Position numbers and translations under genes: made by a program. From the NCBI GenBank assembly GCA_948467495.1, contig CAOKEO010000006.1, positions 1-58,179 on the forward strand: 58,179 nt of DNA, given 5' to 3'. The notes below the pieces were generated by a model. It saw only the letters and a program-made list of their open reading frames with translations. It was not told the DNA's origin and ran no database searches. Source of the stretch: an uncultured Clostridium sp. Its GTDB lineage: Bacteria > Bacillota > Clostridia > TANB77 > CAG-508. This document shows, piece by piece, positions 55,457 through 58,179 of the stretch (the stretch's first letter is position 1; each line of letters opens with the position of its first letter).

Positions 55457-55870
55457 TTAAAACACCTCTTATATATTAATATATATCATATATAATAACA
55501 TAAAAATATTGAAAAATCAAGGAAACATGAATTGCTCAATAAAAAAGGTTTAAAATGCATCTTAAAAGAAGTATAAAATAGATACTGTTAAATTTTGACA
55601 GATATTACAAAGAATGGTATATTATAGTTGAAAGGAAGCATTATGAAAATAGATTGGGGAAAAGAAATAAAATTTCTAACCGAATAACTTTGGATAAAAA
55701 CTTCTAGAAATAATATAATATCTGATGAAATATTATTCAAATAAATAAAAAAGTAGATAACATATCATAAACAAAAACAGAACTAGCAGTAGTTCTTTTT
55801 TCTTTTCGACAAATTCCAACACACTTATTTTACATAAAGTGTTATACTATACACAAGGGGGTTGATATAA

Positions 55871-56047
55871 GTGAAAGAAGCATACTTAAAATCTCTACAG
55901 ATAATAAAAGAACTAAACATCAAAACAGAGGAAGAATACAAAAGATTATTACACAATTACTTAATGCTAAACGCAGAAAGCTTAAAGTATATAACACGAA
56001 AGAAAAGATTTAAAGATATAGTAAAATTAGCCGAAGAAGTCGAATGA
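55871..56047 (+). CDS. 58-aa hypothetical protein, paralog of neighbours
   Basis: GGGGG RBS, GTG start; YLKSL...LNAESLKYI motif. Confidence 0.6.
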   Translation: MKEAYLKSLQIIKELNIKTEEEYKRLLHNYLMLNAESLKYITRKKRFKDIVKLAEEVE

Positions 56048-56103
56048 GACTTCTTCTTTTGTATATTTTCTAACTAATAGTTCATACTAAAATTGGTGAT
56101 AAT

Positions 56104-56319
56104 ATGATAAACTATTATAAAAAAAGTTTAAAGGCATTTAAAAAATATGTAAAGAAAAATCCCAACAGTACAAAAGAAGGATGGGATAAATACGCACAAG
56201 AAAACTGCTTGTTTAGTGCTAATACGTTAATGTTTCATATGTTTGATGATAAGTTAATAAAATTTTTAAACGAGAAGGATATTGACAAATTCGGATATTT
56301 AAAAGATAAATTTTGTTAA
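56104..56319 (+). CDS. Hypothetical protein, paralog of neighbours
   Basis: YKKSL...W.KYA...LFSANTL motif. Confidence 0.55.
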   Translation: MINYYKKSLKAFKKYVKKNPNSTKEGWDKYAQENCLFSANTLMFHMFDDKLIKFLNEKDIDKFGYLKDKFC

Positions 56320-56354
56320 TTTTAGTTAGGAATAAAAAGTGGGAGAAGTAGCAA

Positions 56355-56708
56355 ATGATAAACAATTTTGAAAGATTAAGAAAAAGATTAGATTACAGCA
56401 TAGAGAAAAACGGAATAAACTCTGAGAAAACAAAAAGATTAAGTGAAAGATTTGATAAAATGGTTAATAATTATTACAAAAATGAGAAGCAATATAAAGA
56501 AGATAGTATTATACATATTAAATATTTAGAATCAATACAAAGATTGAAGAGGATAACAAAAGACTTTGTTAAATTTCCTACGATTAATGAATGGAGCATT
56601 ATGCCAAAGAAAAGGACCTGTTAAATTCAGAGAGTTTGAAATACATCAGTGGCAACAATTGGCACGATTTGAGAAATAGAATTTTATCAGAGTTGAAAAA
56701 TATGTAAA
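56355..56708 (+). pseudogene. Spo0E-like domain fused to the local repeated domain; 1-nt deletion near 56595
   Basis: ERLRKRLD..IEKNG.NSE....LSERFDKMVNNY; alternative frame gives HYAKEKDLLNSESLKYIS. Confidence 0.55.
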
Positions 56709-56951
56709 AAAATTTGAAAAAAATTTTCGCAGTGTTTTCAGTACATTGCGGATTTTTTTGTCGAAAATGGGGTTTGTTTTTTGTTTTTTCATGTAGTATA
56801 ATACAAAATAGTAATAAAAGAGAGATAGCTTGACCGCTAAACCTTGCTATCTCTCTACACTCAAACACACTCGAAAGTATGTACAATTTCAGTATAACCC
56901 TTTTGAGTGTGAAAGTCAAATGATTTTTATACGAAAGAGGTGTTTTTGATT

Positions 56952-57149
56952 ATGAAAGATTTAGTATCCGAAGAATTAAAAGAAAATGAAGGAAAGGTAT
57001 TTACAAAAAAGGAGACTAAAGATATAATTAAGAAAGATTATAACCCCTTTGAAGTAAATAGTAAAATTTACAAAAGAAGGAGTGAATTGTTTATGGAAGA
57101 AATGATAAAAGGAGAAATTGAAAAGGAATTAAATCAAATGAATTTATAA
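56952..57149 (+). CDS. Hypothetical protein
   Basis: GAGGTG RBS, ATG. Confidence 0.45.
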   Translation: MKDLVSEELKENEGKVFTKKETKDIIKKDYNPFEVNSKIYKRRSELFMEEMIKGEIEKELNQMNL

Positions 57150-57544
57150 ATCAGAGGATGTTAAAAATTTCAAATTGTTTTCAGAAGAAAAAGCATATAT
57201 AAAGGATAATAATATATTGAAGAAAAGATATATATGCTGGGTCTTTAGATAACATATAAAATTAATGCAATTTTTAATGCAACGTCAAAGAAAAGTTATA
57301 AAAAGCGACGTGAAGACATAAAAATACAAAAATCAAAAGTGCTTTAAAGTATTCAGAAATAAGAATAAGAGAAATGAGGAAAAAATGTTAAAAATACCTA
57401 GCTCATCATTTCCATCAATATAAATGGTTCCCATGAAAAATCCTTTTGCATTTTTCACGGGAAACGAAACAAAACTTTAAATATGTGGTAATTAGCTTTT
57501 TTGTGTTTTAAGACAAGTATATTATAAGTAAATATATTTATTAT

Positions 57545-57784
57545 TTAAAGTTTTTGAACTTTTAGAGTTTCCAAAAATTCAAATCCATTATTAGTAAGGG
57601 TATTATCCAACAAATCAACGATAGGTATTAATTCTTCCCTATTTGGTAATATGTAATATATAGGGCAGTTAGTTGATTCTTCGGCATATACAGTAATGTT
57701 AATATTACCAATTTCTTTCACATTTAACTTTTTGATATTTTTTGCAGCATTAAAATCGATAACATTGTTTGACATGTAGCCCAC
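57545..57784 (-). CDS. Hypothetical protein
   Basis: AAGGAG RBS; 79 aa. Confidence 0.5.
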   Translation of the reverse strand: MGYMSNNVIDFNAAKNIKKLNVKEIGNINITVYAEESTNCPIYYILPNREELIPIVDLLDNTLTNNGFEFLETLKVQKL

Positions 57785-57960
57785 TCCTTTCTTTCGTATA
57801 ATATATAAAAGTATAACAAAAACAAAATAAAAAGTATGTCGAAATATGTAAAAGAAACAAAAAATATAAAAGATTATTGAAAATGTATTTCTAAAAGCTA
57901 AAACGTATTATATTGACACTTTTAAAATTATAAATTTTTAGAATAGAAAAGGCTTTTTCC

Positions 57961-57990
57961 TTGTCAAAAAATAATATAATATGATATACT
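57961..57990 (+). promoter_or_regulatory. Probable sigma-A promoter of the tRNA gene
   Basis: TTGTCA-18 nt-TGnTATACT. Confidence 0.5.
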
Positions 57991-58026
57991 ATAATTATAA
58001 TAAGGGTTAAATTCGATTGTTTAGTT

Positions 58027-58100
<74 letters not shown>

Positions 58101-58179
58101 TTAAGTAAAATCGTCGCACCAGATGAAAACATTGATAAATCAACTGTAAAAGGTTGATTTTTTTAATGCCTTTATCTTG

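Noticed and set aside
56585-56624. Frameshift in Spo0E-like gene as part of the CGG system
   Set aside because: Opposite direction and no CGG; ordinary decay or error
54254-58026. Prophage or integrative island at ssrA or tRNA-Gly
   Set aside because: No integrase or structural genes, and I found no duplicated ssrA or tRNA end; only an accessory-looking patch

Overview
Low-GC, spore-forming Clostridia-type chromosomal window. Housekeeping content: engB, serS, infC-rpmI-rplT, spoVAC/AD/AE, rsmB, a complete type IV pilus cluster, rpsB-tsf-pyrH-frr-ispA-uppS-cdsA-rseP, glgP, purA, tmRNA and one tRNA. The main observation is an apparent recoding system. At six sites in five unrelated genes (prepilin peptidase, uppS, an MFS transporter, an M14 peptidase, and twice in a serine recombinase) the frame reaches an in-frame CGG, and the family-like protein continues only if CGGN is read as one Gly (+1 shift). 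My manual scan found no other in-frame CGG in conserved genes. The window also encodes an atypical tRNA-Gly with loop CUUCCGA, whose nt 34-37 (UCCG) are complementary to CGGA. A 4.5-kb serine-recombinase element splits an M14 peptidoglycan peptidase gene, skin-element style, with readable att sites. Also present: a giant cohesin-LPxTG-dockerin-M26 protease gene with one internal stop, the 3' end of a group II intron, several REP/MITE-like palindrome families and candidate structured RNAs. All calls are by eye; no database searches were run.
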